64,000 bases of DNA. Origin: Desulfitobacteriia bacterium. GTDB taxonomy: Bacteria; Bacillota; Desulfitobacteriia; Desulfitobacteriales; Syntrophobotulaceae. The notes beneath the pieces are model-generated. The model had not been told where the DNA came from. It made no database searches and was given only the letters and a program-made list of their open reading frames with translations. Position 1 is the first letter of the stretch. Each line of letters starts with the position of its first letter. The stretch covers positions 30,399-94,398 of the forward strand of contig JBMNOZ010000004.1 of the NCBI GenBank assembly GCA_050943335.1, read 5' to 3'. The position numbers were made by a program, and so were the translations under genes. Of this stretch, positions 16,475 through 25,981 are shown piece after piece.

Positions 16475-17359
16475 ATGCAATTGCCACCTTTAAAGGGTAG
16501 ATTGGAAAAGAATTACCCTTTAAAAAATTTAAGTACCTGGAAAATAGGCGGACCGGGTGAATATGTGTTTTGGCCTGCCAGCCAGGAGGAAGTAATAAAA
16601 ATTTTCCGTTGGTGCAAGGAGCGGGAATGGCCTCTTACATTTTTGGGTCGCGGTTCCAATGTTTTACTTCCCGATCAAGGGTTATGTGGTGTTGTAGTTG
16701 TCAGCACGGAGTTAAAGGATCTCCGATGGGAGGGAAATAGAGTCCAGGTCGAAGCTGGGTATCCGCTTAGGCGTCTGGTTAGAGAAGCGAAAAACAAAAG
16801 TTTGGAAGGTTTGGAATTTGCCTGCGGCATCCCAGGTACTGTGGGCGCTGCTATTGCCATTAACACCGGGGCTTACGGTCGGGAAATCGGGTCCTTGGTT
16901 AAGGAAATCAAAGTTCTTACCCCTACAGGAGAGGTAAGAAAACTAGCGGCTCAAGACCTTATTTTTCGGTATCGGGGGAGTTCGGTCCTCGATAATGAAT
17001 ATTTTGTTCTGGAAGGCATTTTAGAGCTTTCAAGGGGGGCCGACCAGGCGGCAATTCAACAAAGAATTGAGGAATTCATGAGGAAGAGAAAGGATATTCA
17101 ACCGCTAGAGTACCCCAACGCCGGCAGTGTGTTTCGGAATCCGCCCGGGTATTCGGCTGGCTATCTGATAGAAGCGGCCGGCTGGAAAGGGCGAAATATC
17201 GGCGATGCTGAGGTATCGGCAAAGCACGCCAATTTCATTATCAACAAAGGAAGGGCCAAGGCGGAAGATGTTTTGCAATTGATAAGGTTAATTCAGGAGG
17301 ATATTGAATCCAAATTTGGAATCAAATTGCAAACGGAAATTAGGGTAATCACTCATTAG
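16475..17359 (+). CDS. murB: UDP-N-acetylenolpyruvoylglucosamine reductase MurB
   Basis: FAD-binding WKIGGP...GRGSNVL, then C-terminal NAGSVFRNP. ATG 16475 follows GGGAGTG. Confidence 0.93.
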   Translation: MQLPPLKGRLEKNYPLKNLSTWKIGGPGEYVFWPASQEEVIKIFRWCKEREWPLTFLGRGSNVLLPDQGLCGVVVVSTELKDLRWEGNRVQVEAGYPLRRLVREAKNKSLEGLEFACGIPGTVGAAIAINTGAYGREIGSLVKEIKVLTPTGEVRKLAAQDLIFRYRGSSVLDNEYFVLEGILELSRGADQAAIQQRIEEFMRKRKDIQPLEYPNAGSVFRNPPGYSAGYLIEAAGWKGRNIGDAEVSAKHANFIINKGRAKAEDVLQLIRLIQEDIESKFGIKLQTEIRVITH

Positions 17360-17383
17360 AGATAGACAAAGGGGGGAGGAGAC

Positions 17384-18649
17384 ATGGCGATGGATCGTTA
17401 TGTCATTACGGGAAAACAGAGATTAGAAGGCCGAGTTAGAACAAGCGGCGCCAAGAATGCCTCTTTACCCTTGATGGCAGCCTCTATTCTGGCAGAAGGG
17501 AAAACCGTGCTCTCGGGGGTTCCCCGGATAAAGGATATTTTCAGTATGATTGAAGTTCTAAAAGCGCTAAATTGTGCGATCCAGTTTAAGGGAAATGAAT
17601 TGTATATAGATACTACAAATTTAAAAGACTCAACGATAGATGAAAGTTTGATGCGCAAAATGCGGGCTTCCAATTTAATCTTAGGACCGATGATCGCTAA
17701 GAATAGAAAAGTTAAAATCTCCAGACCGGGAGGCTGTGCCATCGGGACCCGTCCCATGGATCAACATATTAAAGGTTTAAGACAAATGGGAGTAGAAATC
17801 CGGGAAAAACACGGTTATATCGAAGCCCGGGCGGAAAGGTTAAGAGGGTCTGAGATTTATTTGGACATTCCCAGTGTAGGGGCTACTGAAAACATAATTA
17901 TGGCCGCGGTTCTGGCCGAGGGCACCACAGTAATTCACAATGCCGCTAAAGAACCGGAAATTGTTGATTTGCAGAATTTGCTGAACAGAATGGGAGGTAA
18001 GGTCCGTGGAGCGGGAACTCATGTGGTGAGAATTGAGGGGGTTAAAAGCTTAAAAAGCGCTGAACATACTGTTATCCCCGACAGAATAGAAGCGGGAACC
18101 CATATGATAGCTTCCGTAATGACTGAAGGGGATGTGGTTGTCGATAATGTGGTGCCTGAACATATAAGCCCGCTTATTGCTAAACTCCGTCAAGGAGGGG
18201 CAGAGATCACTGTTAATGGGGATAGCGTACGGGTGAAACAAAGGGGAAAATTTAAAGGTCTCGATATTAAAACCCTAACCTACCCGGGTTTTCCAACCGA
18301 TATCCAACCCCAGTTCATGGCTCTGCTTACTATTGCCGACGGGATAAGTATTGTTACGGAAACAATTTTTGAGAATCGCTTTCAACATGTTGCCGAACTG
18401 GTCAGAATGGGAGCCAAGATTACGGTCGACGGGCGAACAGCGATAATTTGCGGCGTTTCAACTTTAGAAGGGACTTTTGTGGAAGCCACGGATTTACGGG
18501 CGGGTGCAGCCCTGTTTTTAGCCGCTTTGGCTGCGGAAGATGGTACGGTGTTAGAACGGGTAGACCATATTGACCGGGGATATGAGGCGCTGGAAGAAAA
18601 ATATCGGGCTCTGGGAGCAAAAATGCAGCGAGTTATTAGACATAACTAA
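17384..18649 (+). CDS. murA: UDP-GlcNAc 1-carboxyvinyltransferase MurA
   Basis: SGAKNASLPLMAA; active-site RPGGCAIGTRPMDQH (Cys present); DRIEAGT. Confidence 0.95.
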   Translation: MAMDRYVITGKQRLEGRVRTSGAKNASLPLMAASILAEGKTVLSGVPRIKDIFSMIEVLKALNCAIQFKGNELYIDTTNLKDSTIDESLMRKMRASNLILGPMIAKNRKVKISRPGGCAIGTRPMDQHIKGLRQMGVEIREKHGYIEARAERLRGSEIYLDIPSVGATENIIMAAVLAEGTTVIHNAAKEPEIVDLQNLLNRMGGKVRGAGTHVVRIEGVKSLKSAEHTVIPDRIEAGTHMIASVMTEGDVVVDNVVPEHISPLIAKLRQGGAEITVNGDSVRVKQRGKFKGLDIKTLTYPGFPTDIQPQFMALLTIADGISIVTETIFENRFQHVAELVRMGAKITVDGRTAIICGVSTLEGTFVEATDLRAGAALFLAALAAEDGTVLERVDHIDRGYEALEEKYRALGAKMQRVIRHN

Positions 18650-18750
18650 ATAATCATTTGCACCTCTTAAGTCCTTTATTGTAAAATAAAAAAGATGATC
18701 CTTTTAAGAGGAAAAAAAAAGGCAAGTTCACATTTTGGAGGAGGAAGGGA

Positions 18751-19476
18751 GTGCCGCAAACTAAGAAGAATTCAACTTTTCTATATGTTGTAGCTCTGAT
18801 TTGCCTTCTTGCCGTGGCCCTGTTTATGTTTTCCAAATCCAATTTTTTTTTAGTAAAAAACATTGGTACCGAAGGTCTGGATCAGATTGCCGAGGATGAA
18901 GTTCTGAGACTATTGGGAACAGTTAAAGGTGAAAACATTTTGCTAATCGATCCTGAAGTTCTGATTCAAAGAGTAAAACTTCATCCCCTGGTCGATCAGG
19001 TTAGCGTCAAAAAAAAATATCCTGGAACAATTATTCTAAATATTCAGGAAAGGCAACCAAGGGCTTTATTACTCGACGGCGATAGAATGGTGGAAGTAGA
19101 TTCTCAAGCAGTGGTCTTAAGATTTCATGAAACTTGGCCTTTGAAGGACAGTCCGGTTATTACCGGGATTAATATTCCGGAAATCATTGGACCCGGACAA
19201 AAGATATCTGATCCCGGCCTTGAAAAAGGACTTTTGTTAATCGGACAAGCATCGGAGAAGCTTACTAAACTGTTGGGCGAAGTACATATTTCCAGTCAGG
19301 AAGGAGTTTTTATTTATCTCACCAATGGTGTTATGGTCAAAATGGGGCATGGGGAAGAGTACGGGAAAAAGTTGGAACTTCTTGAAAAACTATTAGAGAA
19401 TGAAGATTTTAAAAAAGTTGAAGGGGTAATCAATTATATTGATCTTACGGCGGGAAAACCAGTTTTAGGGCGATAG
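18751..19476 (+). CDS. ftsQ: Cell division protein FtsQ/DivIB (TM plus POTRA)
   Basis: N-terminal TM, POTRA-like VKNIGTEGLDQIAEDEVL...VKKKYPGTIILNIQER. Canonical position. Confidence 0.85.
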   Translation: MPQTKKNSTFLYVVALICLLAVALFMFSKSNFFLVKNIGTEGLDQIAEDEVLRLLGTVKGENILLIDPEVLIQRVKLHPLVDQVSVKKKYPGTIILNIQERQPRALLLDGDRMVEVDSQAVVLRFHETWPLKDSPVITGINIPEIIGPGQKISDPGLEKGLLLIGQASEKLTKLLGEVHISSQEGVFIYLTNGVMVKMGHGEEYGKKLELLEKLLENEDFKKVEGVINYIDLTAGKPVLGR

Positions 19477-19491
19477 TAGGAGGGAGGACAT

Positions 19492-19833
19492 ATGTGGCTG
19501 CCGATTTTTGGATTGATACTAGGATTATTAATTGGTTTTTTAAGTCCCATTTCGATTCCGGTGGAGTATGCGAAATACTTTTCGGTAGCGATTATTGTCG
19601 CTCTTGACGCTGTTATGGGTGGAATTCGTGCTTATAAAGAGGGCAATTTTGATACCACTATTTTTATGAGCGGTTTTTTCGTCAATATTATTATGGCCAG
19701 CGCCCTAGCTTTTATTGGGGACCGGATAGGGGCTGACCTATATTTAGCGGCTATTGTGGCCTTTGGAACAAGACTGTTTCAAAATATCAGTATTATCCGC
19801 CGGCACATTATTAATAAACCTCATAGGAATTAA
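19492..19833 (+). CDS. sbp: Small basic protein Sbp (DUF1290, YlxX-like)
   Basis: 113-aa membrane protein, basic C-terminus (IIRRHIINKPHRN). Its position matches B. subtilis ylxX between divIB and ftsA/ftsZ. Confidence 0.75.
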   Translation: MWLPIFGLILGLLIGFLSPISIPVEYAKYFSVAIIVALDAVMGGIRAYKEGNFDTTIFMSGFFVNIIMASALAFIGDRIGADLYLAAIVAFGTRLFQNISIIRRHIINKPHRN

Positions 19834-19983
19834 TAAATATTTTGTTTAAAAAGAGGATTATTTGTCTTTGGTCTCGAAATTATTTATTAAAATTATTAAT
19901 TGAAGTTTAGAGATAATATTGTTTTAGATCAGGATACATAGCCTGAATACGATAGGATTTGATAAAGAGAGGCAGGGTGAAAA

Positions 19984-21042
19984 ATGCTGGAATTCGTTCA
20001 AGAAGATATTCAATTTGCCCGGATAAAAGTTATCGGGGTTGGGGGCGGCGGTAATAACGCTGTCAACAGAATGATTTCTGCCGGCTTAAAAGGGGTGGAG
20101 TTTATTGGTATTAATACAGATGCTCAGGCTTTGCAGATGTCCAGAGCGTCTGAAAAGATACAAATTGGAGCAAAGCTTACGAAAGGGCTAGGAGCCGGGG
20201 CCAACCCGGAAATCGGTCAAAGTGCAGCTGAAGAGAGCAGGGATGAGATTGCCAAGGTTCTGCTCGGCGCGGATATGATCTTTGTGGCTGCTGGGATGGG
20301 CGGGGGAACCGGGACTGGAGCTGCCCCTGTTGTTTCGGAAATTGCCAAGGAAATCGGGGCTTTGACTGTGGGTGTGGTAACAAGGCCTTTTTCCTTTGAG
20401 GGAAGAAAAAGGGCTATGCAGGCCGAAAGGGGTATTTTAGAGCTTAGGGAGAAGGTAGATACCCTAATAACAATTCCCAATGACCGGCTTTTACAGATTA
20501 TCGACAAGCACACCACCATTCAAGAAGCTTTTGCTATCGCCGACGATGTTTTGCTCCAGGGAGTCCAGGGAATATCAGATTTAATAACTATTCCAGGCCT
20601 GATAAATTTGGACTTTGCCGATGTCAAGACAATTATGGCCGAGACAGGTTCGGCTCTTATGGGAATTGGACAGGCTTCGGGCGAGAACCGGGCTGTGGAA
20701 GCTGCTCGGAGAGCTATTTCCAGTCCTCTGCTTGAGACCTCCATTGAGGGAGCTAAAGGGGTGTTATTGAACATCACTGGCGGACCGGATCTAACTTTAA
20801 TGGAAGTTAACGAAGCCTCGGAAATAGTTGCTGAAGCCGCAGATCAGGATGCTAATATAATTTTCGGCTCAGTTATCGATGAAAATTTTAAAGATGATAT
20901 TCGGGTCACGGTTATTGCCACCGGGTTTGAACAGGAAACAGGACAGAAAAAATCTAAGAGCAACAAGGAAACACCCGGAGCGAAAACAAATAATCCCTTT
21001 TTAGATAACGTTGATATCCCGAGCTTTTTAAAATATAAATAA
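19984..21042 (+). CDS. ftsZ: Cell division GTPase FtsZ
   Basis: [27 protein letters not shown], and the C-terminal tail DIPSFLKYK. Confidence 0.98.
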   Translation: MLEFVQEDIQFARIKVIGVGGGGNNAVNRMISAGLKGVEFIGINTDAQALQMSRASEKIQIGAKLTKGLGAGANPEIGQSAAEESRDEIAKVLLGADMIFVAAGMGGGTGTGAAPVVSEIAKEIGALTVGVVTRPFSFEGRKRAMQAERGILELREKVDTLITIPNDRLLQIIDKHTTIQEAFAIADDVLLQGVQGISDLITIPGLINLDFADVKTIMAETGSALMGIGQASGENRAVEAARRAISSPLLETSIEGAKGVLLNITGGPDLTLMEVNEASEIVAEAADQDANIIFGSVIDENFKDDIRVTVIATGFEQETGQKKSKSNKETPGAKTNNPFLDNVDIPSFLKYK

Positions 21043-21110
21043 TTTTTTCTTTGCAAGTAAATAAAGTAAATCCAATTTCAAGCTTCGCGATGGGCTTAAG
21101 ACATTATCAA

Positions 21111-21146
21111 CCAGAATACTGCTAATATTGCAGATTCTGGTTTTTG
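21111..21146 (+). terminator. Strong rho-independent terminator after ftsZ
   Basis: CCAGAATACTGC-taatatt-GCAGATTCTGG (one bulge) followed by TTTTT. Confidence 0.8.
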
Positions 21147-21251
21147 TTTACCAAAAAAATAGGCTTTAAGCCAACGCATTACGACAGGATTTGTTCGGTC
21201 CTCAAGTTATAATATGTTCCTGAGAAAAGTTCAGTCTGAAAGGGCTCGGGT

Positions 21252-22154
21252 ATGATTTACCTGGACATTGTCCTCCTTGTTAATGCGGGAATGGATGCTT
21301 TCATCTTACTGTATACCGCTTACTTGCTTCGCCGAAAAGTCAAGGTCCTAAATATTCTACTAGCCGTAGCTTTGGGCGAACTCCCCGTTCTATTAATTAT
21401 TTTCGATTCTTCAGTTTTAGTTTCCCTATCCAAAGTTCTAATTCCACCAGCCATGGTAAAAATTGGTTTAAGCACTAAGGGGATTCACGGCTTGCTCAAA
21501 GGCCTGCTCTATTTTAGTTTACTCACTGCTGTCTGCGGGGGGATCTTTTATGCCTTTGCTGGCTGGATCGGCTTAGAAGTGGGTCAAGGAGAGTTTATCT
21601 CAATGGCTCAGCTCTGGATATTTCCTCTTATTATACTTTTGGCAATTGGAGGTCAGCAGCTTTGGGAAAGAATTCGAAAGGCGAACTTGATTTTAGATAA
21701 TATTCTCTACGACGTAGAACTATCTTATGACGGTGAAAAGAGCCTAAAGATTAAAGCTTTGTTGGATACAGGTAACAATTTAAGAGATCCTTTAATCGGC
21801 ACACCGGTTATGATCATGGAAGAAAAAATAGCGGCGCAGATTTTGCCGGAAAAAATCAAAGTATTTTTAGACACGCCCTGGCAAGATAACCCTAACCCCT
21901 GGAGTTTTATCTGGAACGACGAAGAGTACGCTCTGCAAAGTTTAGTTTTTATTTCGGCCAAAGGGATTAGCGGCCATACTTGGTTACCGGGTATTAGAAT
22001 GAGCAAAGTGAAAATAAGTCAGGGGGAAAAGCAGTGGGAACAGGGAGTTACAGTTGCTTTAGTGCCTCAGGTTCTCAATACGGAAAACAAATACCAAGCC
22101 CTATTGCATCCAGAGCATGTCCAGAAGCTAATTGAGAAGGAGGAGATAGCCTGA
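21252..22154 (+). CDS. spoIIGA: Sigma-E processing aspartic peptidase SpoIIGA
   Basis: Five N-terminal TM helices, [12 protein letters not shown] active-site motif, immediately upstream of sigE. Confidence 0.92.
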   Translation: MIYLDIVLLVNAGMDAFILLYTAYLLRRKVKVLNILLAVALGELPVLLIIFDSSVLVSLSKVLIPPAMVKIGLSTKGIHGLLKGLLYFSLLTAVCGGIFYAFAGWIGLEVGQGEFISMAQLWIFPLIILLAIGGQQLWERIRKANLILDNILYDVELSYDGEKSLKIKALLDTGNNLRDPLIGTPVMIMEEKIAAQILPEKIKVFLDTPWQDNPNPWSFIWNDEEYALQSLVFISAKGISGHTWLPGIRMSKVKISQGEKQWEQGVTVALVPQVLNTENKYQALLHPEHVQKLIEKEEIA

Positions 22155-22879
22155 TGTTTCCAATTTCAAAGGTCACCGCCCTAATAAAAAAATGGATATT
22201 GTTTTTTATTTTCAATTTTCAAAGAATTAAAGAGATTTTTTATGTCGGCAGCAGTGAAGCCCTGCCCCCGCCTCTAAGTCTTGATGAAGAAGAAAACCTT
22301 ATTAGGAGGCTGGAAAAGGGGGATCTCTCAGTAAAAGACACATTAATAGAACGCAATTTAAGACTCGTAGTTTACATATCAAGGAAGTTTGAAAACACCG
22401 GTATAGGAATTGAAGATCTCGTTTCTATCGGCACTATCGGTTTAATTAAAGCGGTCAATACTTTTGACCCCACGAAAAGAATAAAGCTTGCTACTTATGC
22501 CTCTCGCTGCATTGAAAATGAGATTCTGATGTATTTACGGAGAAATAACAAAATTAGATCAGAAATATCATTTGATGAACCCTTAAACATTGATTGGGAT
22601 GGGAATGAACTCCTTCTCTCCGATGTTTTAGGAACGGACAATGATATTATTTCCAGACCCCTTGAGGAAGAAGTAGATAAACATTTATTAAAATTAGCAA
22701 TGTCCAGCTTAACGGAGCGGGAAAAGCTGATCATGGAACTAAGGTTTGGGATGGGGGGAGTTAAAGAAAAAACCCAAAAAGAAGTAGCTGATCGCCTCGG
22801 TATTTCCCAATCCTATATCTCCAGATTGGAGAAAAAGATTATTCGTCGCTTACGCAAAGAGTTTGTTCGTTTGCAGTAA
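22154..22879 (+). CDS. sigE: Sporulation sigma factor pro-sigma-E
   Basis: Hydrophobic pro-sequence, then [13 protein letters not shown], regions 2-4 ([21 protein letters not shown]). ATG overlaps the spoIIGA stop. Confidence 0.95.
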   Translation: MFPISKVTALIKKWILFFIFNFQRIKEIFYVGSSEALPPPLSLDEEENLIRRLEKGDLSVKDTLIERNLRLVVYISRKFENTGIGIEDLVSIGTIGLIKAVNTFDPTKRIKLATYASRCIENEILMYLRRNNKIRSEISFDEPLNIDWDGNELLLSDVLGTDNDIISRPLEEEVDKHLLKLAMSSLTEREKLIMELRFGMGGVKEKTQKEVADRLGISQSYISRLEKKIIRRLRKEFVRLQ

Positions 22880-22913
22880 ATTCTCTAAAACAAGTTTCAA
22901 AAATAAGTTCTTG

Positions 22914-22943
22914 GAATAACTTAACCCCAGACCGGGAATACTC
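22914..22943 (+). promoter_or_regulatory. Forespore (sigma-F/sigma-G type) promoter candidate for sigG
   Basis: GAATA (22914-22918), 15 nt spacer, GGGAATACTC (22934-22943). Compare my recollection of the sigma-F consensus: GYATA-15-GGnRAnAnTW. Confidence 0.45.
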
Positions 22944-22976
22944 TCCACATAATTATCACCCGGAGGATATTTGTTC

Positions 22977-23750
22977 ATGGTCCTAAACAAAGTAGAAATT
23001 TGTGGCGTTAACACTTCAAAGTTACCGGTCTTAAGCGGTTCTAAAATGAAGGAGTTGTTTCTTAAGCTGCAAAACGGGGAGATCTCCGCCCGGGAGCAAT
23101 TGATTAGAGGCAATCTGCGTCTAGTGTTAAGTGTTATTCAGCGTTTTAGCAACCGCGGAGAACATGTAGATGATCTCTTTCAAGTGGGTTGTATAGGCCT
23201 AATGAAAGCCATTGACAACTTTGATCTGGGCCAAAATGTAAAATTTTCTACTTATGCAGTACCCATGATTATTGGCGAAATTAGACGCTATTTAAGAGAT
23301 AATAACCCTATCAGGGTAAGCAGATCACTGAGGGATATTGCTTATAAAGCCTTACAAGCTAGGGATAAATTGGCTAGCGAGTGTTCCCGGGAACCGACGA
23401 TTAAAGAGATAGCCGGCAAATTAGGGCTTTCCCAAGAAGAGGTAATTTTTGCTTTGGATGCTATTCAAGAGCCGGTGTCTTTGTTTGAACCGATCTATCA
23501 CGATGGCGGAGATCCGATTTATGTTATGGATCAGATCGGGGATGATAAGCAATCCGATAAAGTTTGGCTAGAATCAATCGCTATTAAGGAAGGTTTGGGC
23601 CGGCTTGGAGAGCGGGAAAAGAAAATAATATCCCTCCGCTTTTTTCAGGGCAAGACCCAGATGGAGGTTGCCGAAGAAATCGGGATTTCTCAAGCTCAGG
23701 TGTCCCGTTTAGAAAAGGCGGCTTTAAAAAATATGCGTAAACATGTTTAA
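22977..23750 (+). CDS. sigG: Sporulation sigma factor sigma-G
   Basis: MVLNKVEICGVNTSKLPVL N-terminus typical of SigG. Regions 2-4 are present. GGAGGA sits 9 nt before ATG 22977. Confidence 0.93.
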   Translation: MVLNKVEICGVNTSKLPVLSGSKMKELFLKLQNGEISAREQLIRGNLRLVLSVIQRFSNRGEHVDDLFQVGCIGLMKAIDNFDLGQNVKFSTYAVPMIIGEIRRYLRDNNPIRVSRSLRDIAYKALQARDKLASECSREPTIKEIAGKLGLSQEEVIFALDAIQEPVSLFEPIYHDGGDPIYVMDQIGDDKQSDKVWLESIAIKEGLGRLGEREKKIISLRFFQGKTQMEVAEEIGISQAQVSRLEKAALKNMRKHV

Positions 23751-23791
23751 GCAGGGTGAGAGGCTATTTTTGATTACCCGTACCTTTCTTT

Positions 23792-23840
23792 AGAACTGTT
23801 GCTCGACCTTAAGTTTACAGGGCGGGGCAGTTCTTTTTAT
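23792..23840 (+). terminator. Terminator-like hairpin after sigG
   Basis: AGAACTG (23792-23798) pairs with CAGTTCT (23828-23834), followed by TTTTT. The loop is long. Confidence 0.45.
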
Positions 23841-23935
23841 TATTGAAGAAAGAATAGCAATCAACTATAATTCTTAAGTGGACACTCATGATTGAACAGC
23901 CTCTTCAATAAACTAAAAGGAAGGGGGTCACTATC

Positions 23936-24193
23936 ATGAGAGTCTCGGAGCTGAGGGTTTTAGACGTTATTAATATTGAAGATGGAAGACGGTTAGGTCC
24001 GGTAATAGATTTAGATTTGGATTTAGAGAAAGGGGTTGTAAAGGGGATAGTAATTCTTTCCTCCCTGCGTTCGAAAGGTTTATTTAGCGGGGGGCGGAAT
24101 GAAGATCTCTATATTCCATGGGACAAAATAATTAAATTGGGTGTGGATGTAATACTTGTCGATGGTCGGGATATCATTAGTCTCAGTTGTTAA
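23936..24193 (+). CDS. ylmC: YlmC/YmxH-family PRC-barrel sporulation protein
   Basis: 85 aa. SELRVLDVINIEDGRRLG...IPWDKIIKLGVDVILV. Confidence 0.85.
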   Translation: MRVSELRVLDVINIEDGRRLGPVIDLDLDLEKGVVKGIVILSSLRSKGLFSGGRNEDLYIPWDKIIKLGVDVILVDGRDIISLSC

Positions 24194-24240
24194 ATTCGGA
24201 ATACAATGGGGTAAAAGGTCCTTAAAGAGGACGGAGAAAA

Positions 24241-25170
24241 ATGAGGAAAAATAAAAAGAAAACTAAAATTCTATTAGTTGTAATTATTCTCTTTTCGTTC
24301 GGCGTTCTGCTTTGGAATTACCGCCCTGTTTGGCTTGCTGGGAGCCTCTCCTTGATCACTGCGGGGGAAGGGTGGCTAAAACACGAAAAAGTTGTCCAAG
24401 CTGTCTTTGCTAACCAAGAGCAGGTTTTAGTTGCTCCGATTGAGGGGTATGTTCAAATAATTGGTGAAGGACAAAGATTCCGTTTAGGGGAAACCGTCGC
24501 TTTTATGACCCCTTCCGGCGTGCAAATGGGCGCTGGTGTTGAAAAAGTGGCTATAGTTGCTCCTGTTTCCGGATTGTTTTTCTCCGAGTGTGATGGTTTA
24601 GAACAAATAATCACTCCGGAAAACTTTTTAAGTTTGGATTTAAAAGGATTACTAGACCAAGTTTCAAATTCTTCTAAAGAAGATAAGGATTCGTCCCCCT
24701 CGGACAGCGATTTAGTTGGTAAATACGCCCCGATTGGGAAGATAGTAAATAATTTATCTCCTAGTTGGATGTTTATTTATACGGAATCTCTTGCGGGTTT
24801 AAAGAAGGATTCGGTAACTAAGTTCTCCATTGACGGAGAAGACTATACAGGCAGAGTAATAAAATTATCTGAACAACCTAAGGGCGCCTTAGTGGAATTA
24901 AATCAATATGTCATTGGAAGTGCCCAAGAGAGGATCAAAAGTGTTATTTGGAATTATAAACCCTCTACTAAAGGCCTGCTCGTTCCCTTAAGTGCGATAT
25001 GCAGCAATGGTGACGTAAAGGGAGTTTATGTTGTTGAACGAGGTGTGGTTTGCTTTAGAAAAGTTGAGATCCTTGATTCCAACGAATTTCAAGCTTGTAT
25101 CGAGGGTATACCGTCGGGTATAAAGGTTGTTACCAACCCGCGCAAGGGAATTGAGGGATTAAATTTATAA
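24241..25170 (+). CDS. Membrane-anchored HlyD/membrane-fusion-protein-like protein, function unknown
   Basis: N-terminal KKKTK plus one TM. Two barrel-sandwich-like V(A)P(I/V)xGxV motifs (VAPIEGYV, VAPVSGLF). C-terminal GVYVVERGVVCFRKVEI...GIKVVTNP. Confidence 0.5.
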   Translation: MRKNKKKTKILLVVIILFSFGVLLWNYRPVWLAGSLSLITAGEGWLKHEKVVQAVFANQEQVLVAPIEGYVQIIGEGQRFRLGETVAFMTPSGVQMGAGVEKVAIVAPVSGLFFSECDGLEQIITPENFLSLDLKGLLDQVSNSSKEDKDSSPSDSDLVGKYAPIGKIVNNLSPSWMFIYTESLAGLKKDSVTKFSIDGEDYTGRVIKLSEQPKGALVELNQYVIGSAQERIKSVIWNYKPSTKGLLVPLSAICSNGDVKGVYVVERGVVCFRKVEILDSNEFQACIEGIPSGIKVVTNPRKGIEGLNL

Positions 25171-25241
25171 TTTCAAGCAGGGAATTTAGAATGAGTGTAG
25201 AAGAAATTAAAAGCATGTAAAAAGGGGATAACCGGCTGGAC

Positions 25242-25922
25242 ATGAAGGTAGCTGAAAACATCGAATTAGTCAAACAAAAGGTTAACGTTGCTCTTGAAAA
25301 AGCTGGACGCAAAGGACCAGTAAAAATTGTTGCGGTTTCTAAAACCGTCTCGCCAGAGAATATTCTTCAAGCCTATGAATACGGGCAAAGGGTTTTTGGT
25401 GAAAACAGAGTTCAGGAATGGCAAAAAAAATCTATTCTTCTTCCGAAGGACATTGAATGGCATCTTATCGGTCGCCTTCAAACCAACAAAATAAAATATC
25501 TCGATTCCAGGGTAACTTTAATTCACTCTTTGGATCGATTTCGCTTACTGGAAAGGCTCAATAGTGAGGGTCAAAAACGCGGTCTGATTTGGAAAACCCT
25601 GGTACAGGTCAATATTGCCAAGGATGATGCTAAAGCCGGTTTAGAGGTCGAGGAAGTCGGGGATTTTCTCCTGGCTGCTCGAGACTTTGATTTTGTTAAA
25701 ATAGAAGGCTTGATGACTATAGGACCGTTTGGAGTCGGTCAAGAGGAAATGAGAGGGTATTATAGAGAACTGCGTTACTTAAGAGATAAATTACAAAGCC
25801 AAGGACTTTGTGAGAACCTTTTTCATCTCTCGATGGGAATGAGCCAGGATTTTGAAATCGCAGTGGAAGAAGGAGCGACGTTAATACGAGTCGGTAGTGT
25901 AATATTTGGAGAGCGAGCTTAA
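25242..25922 (+). CDS. yggS: PLP-homeostasis protein YggS/YlmE
   Basis: VAVSKT PLP-lysine motif, HLIGRLQTNK, SMGMSQDFEIAVEEGATLIRVG. Confidence 0.93.
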   Translation: MKVAENIELVKQKVNVALEKAGRKGPVKIVAVSKTVSPENILQAYEYGQRVFGENRVQEWQKKSILLPKDIEWHLIGRLQTNKIKYLDSRVTLIHSLDRFRLLERLNSEGQKRGLIWKTLVQVNIAKDDAKAGLEVEEVGDFLLAARDFDFVKIEGLMTIGPFGVGQEEMRGYYRELRYLRDKLQSQGLCENLFHLSMGMSQDFEIAVEEGATLIRVGSVIFGERA

Positions 25923-25981
25923 AAGATTGGGATACATAAAAAAGTTTTCCGAAGAACACAAATTTATGAGGGGGGATTATT

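Noticed and set aside
18677-18709. Hairpin CCTCTTAA...TTAAGAGG after murA
   Set aside because: It has an 8-bp stem with a ~30-nt AT loop and is followed by an A-run rather than a T-run on the plus strand. It is not convincing as a terminator, and there is no minus-strand gene to terminate.
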